This document shows, piece after piece, positions 35,849 through 47,696 of a DNA stretch of 64,000 nt (position 1 is the first letter of the stretch; each line of letters starts with the position of its first letter). Both the position numbers and the translations under genes were made by a program. The stretch comes from an uncultured Actinomycetes bacterium. Its GTDB lineage: Bacteria; Actinomycetota; Acidimicrobiia; IMCC26256; PALSA-610. A model generated the notes under the pieces. That model was not told the DNA's origin. It made no database searches and worked only from the letters and a program-made list of their open reading frames with translations. The DNA lies in the NCBI GenBank assembly GCA_963706745.1, contig CAVPMX010000003.1:101132-165131 (forward strand), written 5' to 3'.

Positions 35849-37108
35849 ATGAGTCGGTACGTCGTGCGCCCCGGGCAGCCGCTCGAAGGAGTCGTCAAGG
35901 TCTCCGGCGCGACCAAGAACGCGGGCCTCAAGCAGATGGCCGCAGCGCTCCTGGCCCCCGGGGAGACCGTGCTGAGGAATCTGCCACGGGTCGGCGACCT
36001 CGACGTGATGACGGACCTGCTCCGCTCCATCGGAGCGGATGTGCGCTGGTCCGGGCCCGAGGTGATGTGCGTCGATGCCTCGGGAGACCTGACGCCCGAG
36101 GCGCCCTACGACCTGGTCTCGCGCATGCGCGCCTCGATCAACGTGCTGGGGCCGTTGCTGGCGAGGTGCGGGGAGGCGCGAGTCGCGATGCCCGGCGGCG
36201 ACAACATCGGTGGGCGCAAGATCGACATGCACCTGAGCGGGCTCGAGGCGATGGGCGCGCGGATCGACGTCCGCCACGGGTTCATCGAGGCGCAGACCGA
36301 TGGCCTGTTCGGCGCCCGTCACGTGCTCGAGTTCCCCAGCGTCGGAGCCACGGAGAACCTGCTTACGGCGTCGGTGGTCGCGAAGGGATCGAGCGTCATC
36401 GAGAACGCAGCTCGGGAGCCGGAGATCACCGAGCTCGCGGCGTTCCTGAATCGCATGGGCGCACATGTCGTCGGGGCCGGATCGTCGACCATCGAGATCG
36501 AGGGAGTCGAAGAGCTCACACCCGCCGAGAGCGAGATCATCGGCGACCGAATCGAGGCGGGCACGCTGCTGATCGCGTGCGGGATCGCGGGAGGCGAGAT
36601 CGAGCTGGTAGGCACGCGCCTCGAGCATCTCGAGATGGTCGTGATCAAGCTCGGCGAGATGGGGATGCGGGTCTCGCCGACGCCCGACGGCCTGTGGGCG
36701 AGGGCTCCACGCCGTCTCCGCGCCGTCGACATCGCGACTCTCCCGCACCCCGGCTTCGCGACCGACTTCATGCCGCTGGTGACCGCTGCGCTCAGCGTCT
36801 CGGAGGGGGCTGCGATCGTCACGGAGAACGTCTACGACGGCCGTTTCCAGTTCGTCGACGAGCTGGCGCGCATGGGCGCCGACGTGAGAAACGAAGGTCG
36901 TCACGCCGTGGTCCGTGGTGTCGAGCGTCTCTCGGGTGCTCCCGTGAGGGCGTTCGACGTGCGCGCCGGAGCGGCTCTGGTCCTCGCCGGCCTCGCCGCC
37001 GAGGGCGAGACGGTCGTGTACGACGGGCACCACATCGATCGCGGATACCCGGATCTCGCGTCCACCCTCCGTGCCCTCGGGGCCGATGTGGAGCGCCTCG
37101 AGGCCTGA
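35849..37108 (+). CDS. murA: UDP-N-acetylglucosamine 1-carboxyvinyltransferase
   Basis: SGATKNA, MRASI, PGGDNIGGRKIDMH, SVGATEN, HPGFATD and DVRAGAAL. Confidence 0.97.
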   Translation: MSRYVVRPGQPLEGVVKVSGATKNAGLKQMAAALLAPGETVLRNLPRVGDLDVMTDLLRSIGADVRWSGPEVMCVDASGDLTPEAPYDLVSRMRASINVLGPLLARCGEARVAMPGGDNIGGRKIDMHLSGLEAMGARIDVRHGFIEAQTDGLFGARHVLEFPSVGATENLLTASVVAKGSSVIENAAREPEITELAAFLNRMGAHVVGAGSSTIEIEGVEELTPAESEIIGDRIEAGTLLIACGIAGGEIELVGTRLEHLEMVVIKLGEMGMRVSPTPDGLWARAPRRLRAVDIATLPHPGFATDFMPLVTAALSVSEGAAIVTENVYDGRFQFVDELARMGADVRNEGRHAVVRGVERLSGAPVRAFDVRAGAALVLAGLAAEGETVVYDGHHIDRGYPDLASTLRALGADVERLEA

Positions 37109-37211
37109 AGCGGCAGGGCGTCGACTCGGCGTCGGCGGCACCTGCGATACTGGACGAGTTCCCATTCCCGTCGGCGCCGCCCGAGCGGCCCGCAAGCACA
37201 GGAGCAAGACC

Positions 37212-37457
37212 ATGGCTCTCGACCTCGTCGGCATGGAGGAAGGCATCCTCGAGGCGATCGATGCGATCCGTCCCGCTCTGCAGTCCGATGGCGGCGACAT
37301 CGCCTACAGGAGCGTCGATCCCGACGGCGTGGTGCACGTGAGCCTCCTGGGTGCGTGCGGCTCCTGCCCCGTGTCGACGATGACCCTGAAGGCGGGCGTC
37401 GAGCGGATCATCATGGACCGTGTCCCCGGAGTGACCGAGGTCGTGGCCGACGACTAG
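37212..37457 (+). CDS. NifU/Nfu family Fe-S carrier
   Basis: IRPALQSDGGD and GACGSCP; SD AGGAG. Confidence 0.93.
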   Translation: MALDLVGMEEGILEAIDAIRPALQSDGGDIAYRSVDPDGVVHVSLLGACGSCPVSTMTLKAGVERIIMDRVPGVTEVVADD

Positions 37458-37498
37458 CGCGATCGGGTCGTGATCCGGCCGGTCACATCCCCGACACC

Positions 37499-38438
37499 AT
37501 GACACTGGACCCGGCGTCACTCGTCGCCCGCACCTTGACCGCCGACCGTCAGGCGATCGCGAAGCTGATCTCGCTGGTGGAGTCCGGAGGCGAGGCTGCG
37601 CGCGAGACGATTGCGCTACTCCATACCGAGACCGGACGCGCCTGGTCCGTCGGGATCACCGGAGCGCCCGGAGCGGGCAAGTCGACGCTGACCGACAAGA
37701 TGGTCACCCACATCCGCGCGGGTGACGAGCGCGTCGGCGTGCTCGCCGTCGATCCGACGAGTCCGTTCAGCGGTGGCGCGATCCTCGGGGATCGCGTGCG
37801 GATGCAGGGGCACGCGACGGACCCCGGGGTCTTCATCAGATCGATGGCCACCCGGGGGCACCTCGGTGGTCTGGCGCTCGCAGTCCCGCAGGCTGCGCGC
37901 GGTGCTCGACGCTGCCGGGATGCCATGGATCCTGATCGAGACGGTCGGCGTCGGCCAGGTCGAGGTCGAGATCGCGGCCCAGGCCGACACGACGGTCGTG
38001 GTCGTGAACCCGGGCTGGGGCGACTCCGTGCAGGCCGCGAAGGCAGGGCTGATGGAGATCGCCGACATCTTCGTCGTGAACAAGGCCGATCGCCCGGGAA
38101 GCGCGGAGACGGTGGGCGATCTCGAGGCGATGCTCAGCCTCGCCGGCTCCGGGCCGTGGAGGCCGCCCGTCGTGCTGACCATCGCGACCGAGGGGACGGG
38201 CGTCGGAGAGGTGTTGGAAGCAATCGCCCGTCATCGTGAGCACCTGGTGCGTACCGGTCTCCTCGCGGGGCGCCGCCTCGAGAGGCTGCGCGACGAGCTG
38301 CGCACGATCGTCTCCGAGCGCCTCACGGAGCGAGCCTCCGGGTTGTGCAGCGGCGAACGCTTCGAAGCGCTGCTTCGGAGAGTGGGTGACCGGGAGTGTG
38401 ATCCGTACTCGGCGGTCGACGCGCTGCTCGGCGAGTGA
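37499..38438 (+). CDS. meaB: Acyl-CoA mutase-associated GTPase; frameshift ~37900
   Basis: GITGAPGAGKS, VDPTSPFSGGAILGDRVRM, ETVGVGQ and VNKAD. Confidence 0.95.
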
Positions 38439-38490
38439 CGGATACCGGCGGGGTGCGATGTGGTCCGGAAGCCCGATAGCCTCGGCGCTC

Positions 38491-39270
38491 ATGGCCGACG
38501 AGCTCGTGATCACCGAGCGGGGCGGCGACGGCGTCGTAGTCCTGCGCCTGAACAGGCCCCCCATGAACCCGCTCTCCGAAGCGCTCCTGGAGGCGCTCGG
38601 GGCCGCCGCCACCGCTGTCGCCACCGACTCGGCCGTGCGGGCCGTAGTGGTGGCGGGTTCCGAGAAGGCGTTCGCGGCCGGCGCCGACATCAACGAGTTC
38701 GGAGATCAGGAGGCCGCGCGCAGGGTCGGGTCGGCATTCCGTGCCGCGTTCGACGCAGTGGCGAGCATCCCGTGTCCGGTGGTCGCGGCCATGCGGGGCT
38801 ACGCGCTCGGGGGAGGTCTGGAGCTCGCGTTGTCGTGCGATCTGCGGGTCGCGGCCGACACGGCGCGCGTCGGCCAGCCGGAGATCCTGCTCGGCATCAT
38901 CCCGGGCGCAGGCGGCACGCAGCGCCTCCCGAGGCTCGTCGGGTCCGCCCGAGCGAAGGAGCTCGTCTGGAGCGGCCGTCAGGTGCGCGCCGACGAGGCG
39001 CTCGCGATCGGGCTGGTCGATCGGGTCGTCCCCGCGGGCGAGGTGGAGGAGGTGGCGAGGCGACTGGCGGAGTCGTTCGCCGCCGGTCCCACGGCCGCGA
39101 TCTCGCTCGCCAAGCGCGCGATCGACGGCGGCCTCGACGGCCCCCTGTCGGCGGGACTCGACCTCGAGCACGAGTGCTTCGTCGACGTGTTCGCGACGCA
39201 CGACGCGCGGAGCGGCATTGCCAGCTTCCTGGAGCACGGCCCCGGCAAGGCCAGGTTCACCGGCCGCTGA
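38491..39270 (+). CDS. Enoyl-CoA hydratase/isomerase
   Basis: [22 protein letters not shown] and [17 protein letters not shown]. Confidence 0.95.
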   Translation: MADELVITERGGDGVVVLRLNRPPMNPLSEALLEALGAAATAVATDSAVRAVVVAGSEKAFAAGADINEFGDQEAARRVGSAFRAAFDAVASIPCPVVAAMRGYALGGGLELALSCDLRVAADTARVGQPEILLGIIPGAGGTQRLPRLVGSARAKELVWSGRQVRADEALAIGLVDRVVPAGEVEEVARRLAESFAAGPTAAISLAKRAIDGGLDGPLSAGLDLEHECFVDVFATHDARSGIASFLEHGPGKARFTGR

Positions 39271-39706
39271 TCCCCTGCTCGGCTAGGTGCTCGAGGCGCC
39301 GGAGGTTGCCCCGCCAGATCCGGCGGAGGACCGGCCCCGCGAGGAGCGCGCCTGCGGGCCCTCCCATCCACCACGGGAAGGTCAGCCGCTCCGACCAGGT
39401 GAAGAGGGTCCTGCCGCCTCGGCGAGCCCGGAGGGTGAACCGCCCGCGGCCGGTGACGACCCCTCGATGCTCGATCCCCATCGAGTGCCCCGGCTCCCAC
39501 TCGGTCACCCTCATCACGTCACGTGTGCGCAGCGGGCCGACGCGGGTCATGCACTCGAACTCGGTCCCGACCCCGTGGCGCCGGGACGACCGGAACGTGA
39601 TCGACTCCGCGTCCCGCATCCACTCGACGTGTCCGGAGATGTCTTCGAGCAGCGCCCACAGGTCACCCGGGCGGACGTCGATCGTCGTCCGCACCCGGAT
39701 GCGCAT
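39257..39706 (-). CDS. SRPBCC (polyketide cyclase/START-like) protein
   Basis: MRIRVRTTID…LW…WM, GVGTEF and VTEWEPG; TGATG junction with galT. Confidence 0.8.
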   Translation of the reverse strand: MRIRVRTTIDVRPGDLWALLEDISGHVEWMRDAESITFRSSRRHGVGTEFECMTRVGPLRTRDVMRVTEWEPGHSMGIEHRGVVTGRGRFTLRARRGGRTLFTWSERLTFPWWMGGPAGALLAGPVLRRIWRGNLRRLEHLAEQGISGR

Positions 39707-40668
39707 CAGGGCTGCCGACGGGCCGACGGCCTCACGGAGCGCTCCAGCGGCGACCTCGGGGGGAACGACGTTCACGAAGACCCCGGTCGAGTGCTCGAAT
39801 CCGGCGACTACCGACACGCGCGGTGTGATCCGCACGTACCAGTGGCCCCCTGGCGGCGCGCCTCGCGGCGCGGTGTGGAGCGTGAGGTTGTAGTCGATTC
39901 CGCCGAGCGCCGCGTCGACGAGCGCCAGAGCCTCGTGGGACGCGCGCGCGACCACGGCGACCTCGGCGTCCGGTGCCTCGTCGAAACGAGCGCGCGTGGA
40001 ACGGTGGGCCACCAGGATCTCGAACGGTGACGAGGACGCCGGAGGACACCACGCCACGGCAGGGCCGTCGACGACCGAGAGCTCGGAGGATCGGTGCGCT
40101 GCCAGCGCCTCGGCGACCAGGTCGCGACCGGCTGCGGTGAATCGGTCCTGCTCCGCCTTCACGGCCGGTGGAACGAAGTCGAGTCCGACTATCTGCGCGT
40201 GGGGGTGATCGATGGAGGATCCTGCCGCCCGTCCCTGGTTCACGAACGCCTGAGCGTGATGCAGGCCGGAGTCGAGAAGGTGGCCGACACGGTCGCGGAG
40301 CACCGTGAAGGCCTCGACGGCCTGCTACCTCGCTCAGGATGCCGAGGTGCCGATCGTGCTCCGGCGAGAGGACCACCACCTCGTGTGCGCCCGTGACCGA
40401 TCGCGCGGTCGCGTCGTCGGGTACTCCGACGATCGGGTACAGATTGGGGACGACTCGCACTGCCCAACCCGGAGTGTTCGGTCCGCCTGCTCCGGTCCGG
40501 GCGACCTCCGGCGGTGTCATCGACTCGTTGCCTGGGCAGAAGGGGCAGGAATGGGGATCCGCGGATGGCGCGCGTCGCAGCGATCCGGAAGGTGTCGGGC
40601 CGCGCCGCCCTCTCCGGGGCGACTATCACCAGTCGCCCGCTGATCGGGTCGGTACGCAGCTCGGTCAC
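39706..40668 (-). CDS. galT: Galactose-1-phosphate uridylyltransferase (HIT family); frameshifts ~40555, ~40325, probably ~39720
   Basis: ELRTDPISG…APERAARP, CPFCPGNE, VVPNLYP, GAHEVVV, GSSIDHPHAQ and AGFEHSTG. Confidence 0.88.
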
Positions 40669-40751
40669 GATCGCGACGCTAGTCGCCGCCGTGGTCACGT
40701 CGGCCGGTGTCGGTGCTCGCGTCGACGGGTGGCGGCGCGTACCCTGAGCCG

Positions 40752-42111
40752 ATGGCAGTGCGTCTGGCGATCATCGGGGGAGGACCCGCAGGGAACACCG
40801 CGGCGACGGTCGCTGCTTCGCTCGGCGCCGAGGTCACTCTCGTGGAGAGCGACGTGATCGGTGGCGCGGCCCACCTTCGTGACTGCATCCCCTCGAAGGC
40901 GATGATCGCGACCGGCGGCGAGCTCTCCGAGCTGACCAGGGCCCGTTCCATGGGGCTTCACGCAGAAGGGCGCCTCGACGTCACCGCGCTTCGCGAGCGG
41001 GTCGCAGGCATCGAGGTACGACTTCAGGAGTCGGTCACGAACCTGCTCGAGTCGCAGGGTGTGCGGATCATCATGGGGCGCGGCCGCCTGACGGGGTCAC
41101 ACGGCGTCGCCGTCGACACGGCGGAGGGCACCGAGGAGATCGAGGCCGACGCGATCGTCCTCTCCACCGGGTCACGCCCACGCGTCCCCGACTGGGTGGC
41201 GGTCGACGGTGAGCGGGTGCTCACGACCCGGCAGGCCTACCCGCCTCCCGAGATCCCCGACCACCTGCGTCGTCATCGGGTCGGGCGTGACCGGCGTCGA
41301 GTTCACCCACATGTTCAGCGCGCTCGGATCCTCGGTGAGCCTCGTGGTGTCACGGCAGCAGGTGCTGCCGTACAAGGATGCCGAGGTCGCCGCCGTCCTC
41401 GAGGCCGAGTTCCTCTCTCGCGGGGTCCGCCTCCTGAAAGGGGCCCGTGCGCAGTCGATCGCGCGAGAGGGCGACCGGGTGGTCGTCATCTGCGACGACG
41501 GACGGGTCGCCGAGGGCTCGCACGCCCTGCTCTGCATCGGGTCGGTGCCGAACAGCGAGGGGCTCGGTCTCGAAGAGGCCGGGGTGAGGTCCGACGAACG
41601 CGGCTGTGTCCCCGGCGACCGGCACTGCCAGACGAACGTGCCCCACATCTACTCGGCAGGTGATCTCTCGGGTCGCCTCCCGCTCTCGTCGGTGGCTGCC
41701 ATGCAGGGGCGGAAGATCGCGGAGCACGTCATGGGCCTGACGGCCCGCTCGCACCGGCACCTCGACTACGACAAGGCCGCGTCGGCGATATTCACGGAGC
41801 CGGAGATCGCCGACGTCGGGCTCGTGGAGGCCGAGGCGTTCGCCGTGGGACGCAAGCTGCGGGTCACGAAGGTCCCCTTCTCGGCCAATCCGAAGTCGCT
41901 GATCAACGGCGACGCGCGGGGCTTCGTGAAGATCCTCTCCGACCCCGCCACGGGCGTTGTGCTCGGGGGATCGATAGTGGGCCGGAACGCGGCCGAGCTG
42001 ATCAGCGTCCTGGCCGTAGCCGTGACGAACGGCCTCAAGACCGTCGACATCGTCGACTCACTGCTCGTGCACCCGGCGCTGGCCGAGTCGCTCGCAGAGG
42101 CCGCCGACTGA
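40752..42111 (+). CDS. lpdA: Flavoprotein disulfide reductase, LpdA-type NAD(P)H:quinone reductase; frameshift ~41265
   Basis: IIGGGPAG, GGAAHLRDCIPSK (single Cys), GSGVTGVEF, SVAAMQGR, IFTEPEIA and HPALAE. Confidence 0.85.
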
Positions 42112-42141
42112 CGAGCGGCGGCGGCCTGCGCGGATGCCGTG

Positions 42142-43910
42142 CTACTCGAGCACCACCAGGGCGTCGCCGGTGCCGACCGAGTCGCCGACGGAGACCCTGA
42201 TCTCGCGGACAGTGCCGGAGATCTCGGCGTTGATGTGGTTCTCCATCTTCATCGCCTCGAGGACCAACAGCGCCTGGCCGATCTCCACCTGTGCGTCGAC
42301 CTCTACGAGCACCTTGACGATCGTGCCCTGCATCGGCGCGGTGACGGTGCCGCTCCCCGCGCCGCCGGCCGACGAGGCCCTCGCCACCTTCGGACGGGCT
42401 CGGGCTCCCGAGCGCTGTGCCGATGATGCGTGCGAGGTCGATTCGGGGAGCCACACCTTGACGGTGAAGCGCTTGCCGTCGACCTCGACCGGCACGCTGC
42501 GCTCGATCAGCGGGGGCTCGCCGTCGTCTGCGGGGGCCTCGGCAACCGGAGCGGCCGGAGGGAAGAGCGCGTGGTCGACCTCGTCCTCGACCCACTTGGT
42601 CGAGTGGCGTGCGGCGGCGAAGTCGGCGTGGCGGAGCAGGGCGATGTGTGCTCCCGTGGTCGTCGCCACGCCCTCGATCTCGAGCTCCCCGAGCGCGCGG
42701 ACCATCCGGGCGATCGCCCGGTCGCGGTCGGGTGCCCATACGACCAGCTTCCCGATGAGGTTGTCGTAGAACTGAGAGACGGTGTCGCCCTCCGCGTAGC
42801 CGCCGTCCCAGCGGACCCCGGGACCGCCGGGGATCCGCATGCGGTCGATGCGACCGGGGGAGGGCATGAACTGCCTGGCCGGGTCCTCTGCGTTGATCCG
42901 GCACTCGATGGCGTGCCCGCGCATCGAGATCTCGTCCTGTGCGACCGAGAGCGGGAGGCCGGACGCGACCCGGATCTGCTCGGCGACGAGGTCGCTGGCG
43001 GTGACCTCCTCGGTGACGCAGTGCTCGACCTGCAGCCGGGTGTTCATCTCGAGGAAGTAGAAGGCGCCGTCCTGGTAGAGCATCTCGACCGTCCCGGCGC
43101 CCACGTAGCCGCAGGCCCTGGCCACCTTCACCGCCGCCTCGCCCATCGCGGCGCGCGTGTCGTCGGGGATCCCGGGAGCGGGTGCCTCCTCGATCAGCTT
43201 CTGGTGCCGCCGTTGCGTCGAGCAGTCGCGATCGCCGAAGTAGACGGCGCCGCCGTGCGTGTCGCAGAAGACCTGTATCTCGACGTGCCTCGGACGGGTT
43301 AGGTACCGCTCCAGGTACGCCTCGGGGCGCCCGAAGTAGGCCTGCGCCTCACGTGTGGCGGAGTCGAACGCGGATTGGGCATCCTCGGGCTGGTGCACGA
43401 CCTTCATGCCCCTGCCGCCCCCGCCGTAGGCGGCCTTGATGGCGATCGGGTAGCCGTGCTCCTCGCCGAAGGCGAGGATCTCCCTGACGTCGCGGATCGG
43501 GGACGGTCGTGCCGGGCACCGACTCGACGTCGGCTCGCTCCGCCGCCAGGCGGGAGGAGATCTTGTCGCCCATCACCTCGATCGCCTCGGGCGGCGGCCC
43601 GATCCAGGTTGCCCCGGCGTCGCCTACGGCCCTGGCGAAGTCGGCGTTCTCGCTGAAGAACCCGTACCCGGGGTGCACCCCGTCGGCGCCGGAACGCGTC
43701 GATCGCGTCGAGGATCGCGGGCACGTTCAGGTAGCTCTCGGCGGCGGTCTGGCCGCCTATCGAGAAGGCCTCGTCGGCGTAGCGCACGTGAACGGCGTCA
43801 CGATCGAGGTCGGAGTAGACGGCGACGGTGGAGATCCCGAGCTCGCGGCAGGTGCGCATGACGCGCAGGGTGATCTCGCCTCGGTTCGCGATGAGGATCT
43901 TCGACAGCAC
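42142..43910 (-). CDS. Acyl-CoA carboxylase alpha subunit (biotin carboxylase + BCCP, AccA/BccA); frameshifts ~43690 and ~43500
   Basis: [38 protein letters not shown] and EAMKM. Confidence 0.95.
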
Positions 43911-43955
43911 GGACAGCCCCCGATCGGGTCGGACAAGGCCCGTATCCTACGGGCG

Positions 43956-44823
43956 ATGCCCGATCCGACTGCCATTCCTCCCGCCGACGCCCGCAACCCG
44001 GCCGCGACTCCCGACCCCGCCGCACCAGGGCATGCCGCGTCGCCGGCCGGTACCTGGTCGGACCGTGGGCTGACCCCCCGTCTCCGCGGAACGCGCTTCG
44101 GCGAGGTGAGGTGGTTCGCCGAGATCGACTCGACGAACCGGTACCTACTGGACGAGGCAGCCGCGGACGCCCCGGAGGGGCTCGTCGCTGTGGCCGACGT
44201 TCAGACCGCCGGTCGCGGGCGGCTGGGCCGCCGCTGGGAGGCGCCCCCGGGGGCCTCGCTGCTCGTCTCGGTCCTGCTGCGCCCCGCGCTGTCCCCCGAG
44301 CGACTGCACCTCGTCACGATCGCAGCCGGTGTCGCCGCGGCCAGGGCCGTCCTCGAGCTGGCCGGGATCCGTGCCGGCCTGAAGTGGCCGAACGACCTCG
44401 TCGTCGGCGGGCGGAAGCTCGCCGGGCTGCTGGCGGAGGCCTCGGGCGGGCCGGCACTCGTAGTCGGAATGGGCCTCAATGTGCAGTTGGGAGTCGTTCC
44501 CGCCGGAGCTCGCCGAGATCGCGACCGCCTGCAACGTCGAGTCGGATGCGGAGCCGGCGCCCCAGGAGCTGCTCGTCTCGTGGCTGCGCGAGCTCGACGC
44601 GCTGCTGGACGGGCTCGCGGTCGACGGTGGTGCCGGACTCCTGGCCGAGTATCTCGATCGCTCCGCGACCGTGGGCATGCGCGTGAGAGTCGATCTCCAC
44701 GACCGGTCGTTCGAGTGCGACGCAACGGGCATCGACGACGACGGTCACCTGGTGGTGACCCGCGACGACGGCACGGCCGAGATCGTCACGGCGGGCGACG
44801 TCGTCAACCTCAGGGCCCGCTGA
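43956..44823 (+). CDS. birA: Biotin--[acetyl-CoA-carboxylase] ligase; frameshift ~44490
   Basis: DSTN, QTAGRGRLGRRW, KWPND, RKLAGLLAE and AGDVV. Confidence 0.95.
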
Positions 44824-44926
44824 GCACGCAGCGTGGGGCTCCTGCCGGACTCACGGCCGCGCGGAGGACCCTGACTATCTTTTGCGGAGCCACTCGGTCC
44901 AGCCGTCTACCGGAAACGAAGCTCGC

Positions 44927-46798
44927 TTGAACAAGTCCCGGCACGTCCGCTCGCTCGACGGACTGAGAGCGGTCGCTGTCGTCATGGTGATCCTGTTCCA
45001 CCTCGACGTGCCGGGGTTCGGCTTCGGTTTCATGGGTGTCGACGTCTTCTTCGTCCTGTCGGGCTTCCTGATCACCTCGCTTCTCGTCGGCGAGGACGAT
45101 CGGACCGGGCGCATCTCACTGGCGAACTTCTGGAGCCGGCGGATTCGGCGCCTGATGCCGGCACTCGCGGTGCTACTGGTAGTCACGTCGTTCGTGACGG
45201 CCGGCACGGCCACACGCTCGGAGAAGGAGTCGCTGCGCGGCGATCTCCTGTCGACGACGTTCTACGTGGCGAACTGGCACTTCGTCGATGAGAGCGACTA
45301 CTTCAACGACGAGGGAACCGAGTCGGCGCTCGAGCACACCTGGTCGCTCGCGATAGAGGAGCAGTTCTACTTCTTCTGGCCGGTCACGGTCGTGGGGCTC
45401 CTGCTCCTCGGTAGGCGACGGCCCCGTGTGCCGCTCGTCGCGACCGTGGGTCTTGCGGCCGCATCCGCCCTCCTGCTCGCTGCGCACTGGGCGCCCGACG
45501 CCGTCGAGCGCGCGTACATGGGTACCGACTCCCGCGTCTTCGAGCCACTCATCGGCGCCGTGGCGGCACTGCTTCTCCGGCATGCGGCCTTCAGGAACCT
45601 CGTGCTCCAGCGGGGGGCTGTGATCGAGAAGGTCGGCGCAGGCGCCATGGCCCTGGCGGCGTTCGCCGTGGCCTCGAACCCGAGGAACTACTACACCTAC
45701 GGAGCGCTGCTCGTCTCGGTCGCGACGGCGATGCTCGTGACCGTGCTGTGGTCGCGCAGCGGAGGTGCCCTGACGCGTCTCCTGGAGCCGCGACCGGTCG
45801 TCTGGATCGGTGCCCTCTCCTACGGCATCTACCTGTGGCACTGGCCGTTCATCGTCTGGCTCGACGTCGGCTCCGCCTCGGGAGCGGCGATCCTGCCCAG
45901 AGCGTCCGCGCTCGGTCTCACGCTCGCCGTCTCGGCCGCCTCGTACTACCTCGTGGAACAGCCGATAAGGAGGTCGCGCGCCAACATGTTGCTCACTCCT
46001 CGAAGGGTGGTTGCGGCGGTCCCGGTGATCCTCGCAGGCCTCGCCGTCATCGCCGTGGTGGCGACCCGCAATCCCGCTCCCGACGCGGACACCCCGGTGA
46101 TCCTCGTCGCCGGCGACTCGGTGGCGCTGCACCTCGTCCCGTATCTGGAGCGCGAGGCGGAGGACCGCGGATGGGTCGTCGTCTCGGCCGCCAGGGGCGG
46201 CTGCGGGGTCAGTGGCGACCACATCGTCCACGACGACGGCAAGACGCTGGCGAGCGGCGACAAGTGCCCGGACGAGATCAAGGCGAAGCAGGACGAGATG
46301 GTCGACGAGTTCGACCCCACAGTGGTGATTCGCTGGGACCGCTTCTCCCTGGCCGACTGGATCGCGCCGGACGGGCACCAGGTGCGTGCGGGGACGCCCG
46401 AGTTCTGGTCTCTGAGACGCGAGTCGCTGGCGAACGAGGTGGAGCGACTGGGACGAGGCGGAGCGATGGTTGCGCTCGTGGGGACGGAGCCGCTGGGCGT
46501 AGGGATAGAGACTTCGTGCGCTCCGGATGAGTGCAACGACTGGCTGAGTCGCCTGCTCGAGGACTACGGCGATCTCACCACGCCATGGAACGAGGTCCTG
46601 GCCGAGTACGCCGCGTCGCACACCGAAGAGGCGACGTTCGTCTCGATCACCGACACCGTCTGCCGTGTCGACGTCTCGCCCTGCGACGACCGCATCGACG
46701 GGGAGCCGGCGCGGCCCGACGGCAGGCACTACGAGGGCGATGGCGCCGAGCTCGCCGCCGAGGCGCTGCTCGACGAGCTGGAGCCGTTGATGCCGTAG
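44927..46798 (+). CDS. Acyltransferase_3 + SGNH domain O-acyltransferase (OatA/OafA-like)
   Basis: LDGLRAVAV, GVDVFFVLSGF, HTWSLAIEEQFY, SYGIYLWHWP, then SGNH-like GDSV…DGRH. Confidence 0.92.
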   Translation: MNKSRHVRSLDGLRAVAVVMVILFHLDVPGFGFGFMGVDVFFVLSGFLITSLLVGEDDRTGRISLANFWSRRIRRLMPALAVLLVVTSFVTAGTATRSEKESLRGDLLSTTFYVANWHFVDESDYFNDEGTESALEHTWSLAIEEQFYFFWPVTVVGLLLLGRRRPRVPLVATVGLAAASALLLAAHWAPDAVERAYMGTDSRVFEPLIGAVAALLLRHAAFRNLVLQRGAVIEKVGAGAMALAAFAVASNPRNYYTYGALLVSVATAMLVTVLWSRSGGALTRLLEPRPVVWIGALSYGIYLWHWPFIVWLDVGSASGAAILPRASALGLTLAVSAASYYLVEQPIRRSRANMLLTPRRVVAAVPVILAGLAVIAVVATRNPAPDADTPVILVAGDSVALHLVPYLEREAEDRGWVVVSAARGGCGVSGDHIVHDDGKTLASGDKCPDEIKAKQDEMVDEFDPTVVIRWDRFSLADWIAPDGHQVRAGTPEFWSLRRESLANEVERLGRGGAMVALVGTEPLGVGIETSCAPDECNDWLSRLLEDYGDLTTPWNEVLAEYAASHTEEATFVSITDTVCRVDVSPCDDRIDGEPARPDGRHYEGDGAELAAEALLDELEPLMP

Positions 46799-46858
46799 CC
46801 CTCGCGGATCGCCGCGGTCGCGGCGTTCGGAGTCGCCGGCGGAGTCGCGCGGATCTGC

Positions 46859-47696
46859 TCAGGGGTCGAGGTCGCGCTCGACGAGGGCGCGCAGGTCTGC
46901 CGCCGCACGTGCCGAGACGGGTCCCGGAGCGGCCGGGAGCTCCACCCCGTTCACTCGTGCGATCGGGTGCACCTCGCGAGTGGTGGAGGAGAGGAAGGCC
47001 TCGTCGCAGGAGAGGAGGTCGTCGGGCGAGAGGTCGGTCTCCTCGACCGGCACACCCGAGTCGGCGCAGACCTCGAGGATGAGGGCCCGTGTGACACCTA
47101 GGAGACACCCCGCCGAAGCAGGTGGGGTGCTCAGCACCCCGCCCCTCGCCAGGAAGAGGTTGGAGCCCGTGGCCTCGCAGAGGTCTGCCTCGCGTGTTGG
47201 GGAAGACCGCCTCGCCCGCGCCGCGCTCCTCGGCGTACGCGAGGGCTCGCACGTTCTCCGCGTACGAGATCGTCTTCAGCCCGGCGACCGCTCCGCCCTC
47301 GTTGCGGCTCCACGGGACGATGACGACGTCGACGTAGTCGGACCAGGGCTCGAACGGGGAGGCCACCACCAGCACGGTCGGGCGTGCGCCGGCACGGCTC
47401 GTGCCCGGTGGGCCCTCGCCACCGGTGACGGTGATCCGCAGGCGCGCCTCGGTGAGGTGATTCGCGGCGACGACGGCGTCCGCTGCCCGGCGCAGAACCG
47501 CCGCCTCGGGCAGGTCGAGCCCCAGCCCGGCGGCCGAGGTCGCGAGTCGTGCGAGGTGACGGCTCCAGGCGAACGGGATGCCGCGGTAGACGCGAAGCGT
47601 CTCGAAGACGCCGTCGCCGACGAGGAGCCCGCGGTCGAGCGGGGAGATCCTCGCCTCGGCCGAGTCGACGAGGTCGCCGTTCAGCCAGATGATCAC
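46859..47696 (-). CDS. Aminotransferase class IV (4-amino-4-deoxychorismate lyase/IlvE-like); frameshift ~47190
   Basis: WLNG, DRGLLVGDGVFET, LKTISY, LLGVTR and EAFLSST; coupled to pabB. Confidence 0.9.

Noticed and set aside
39257..40303. GalT-SRPBCC fusion
   Set aside because: A TGATG stop/start overlap at 39704-39708 indicates two coupled genes and a nearby indel.
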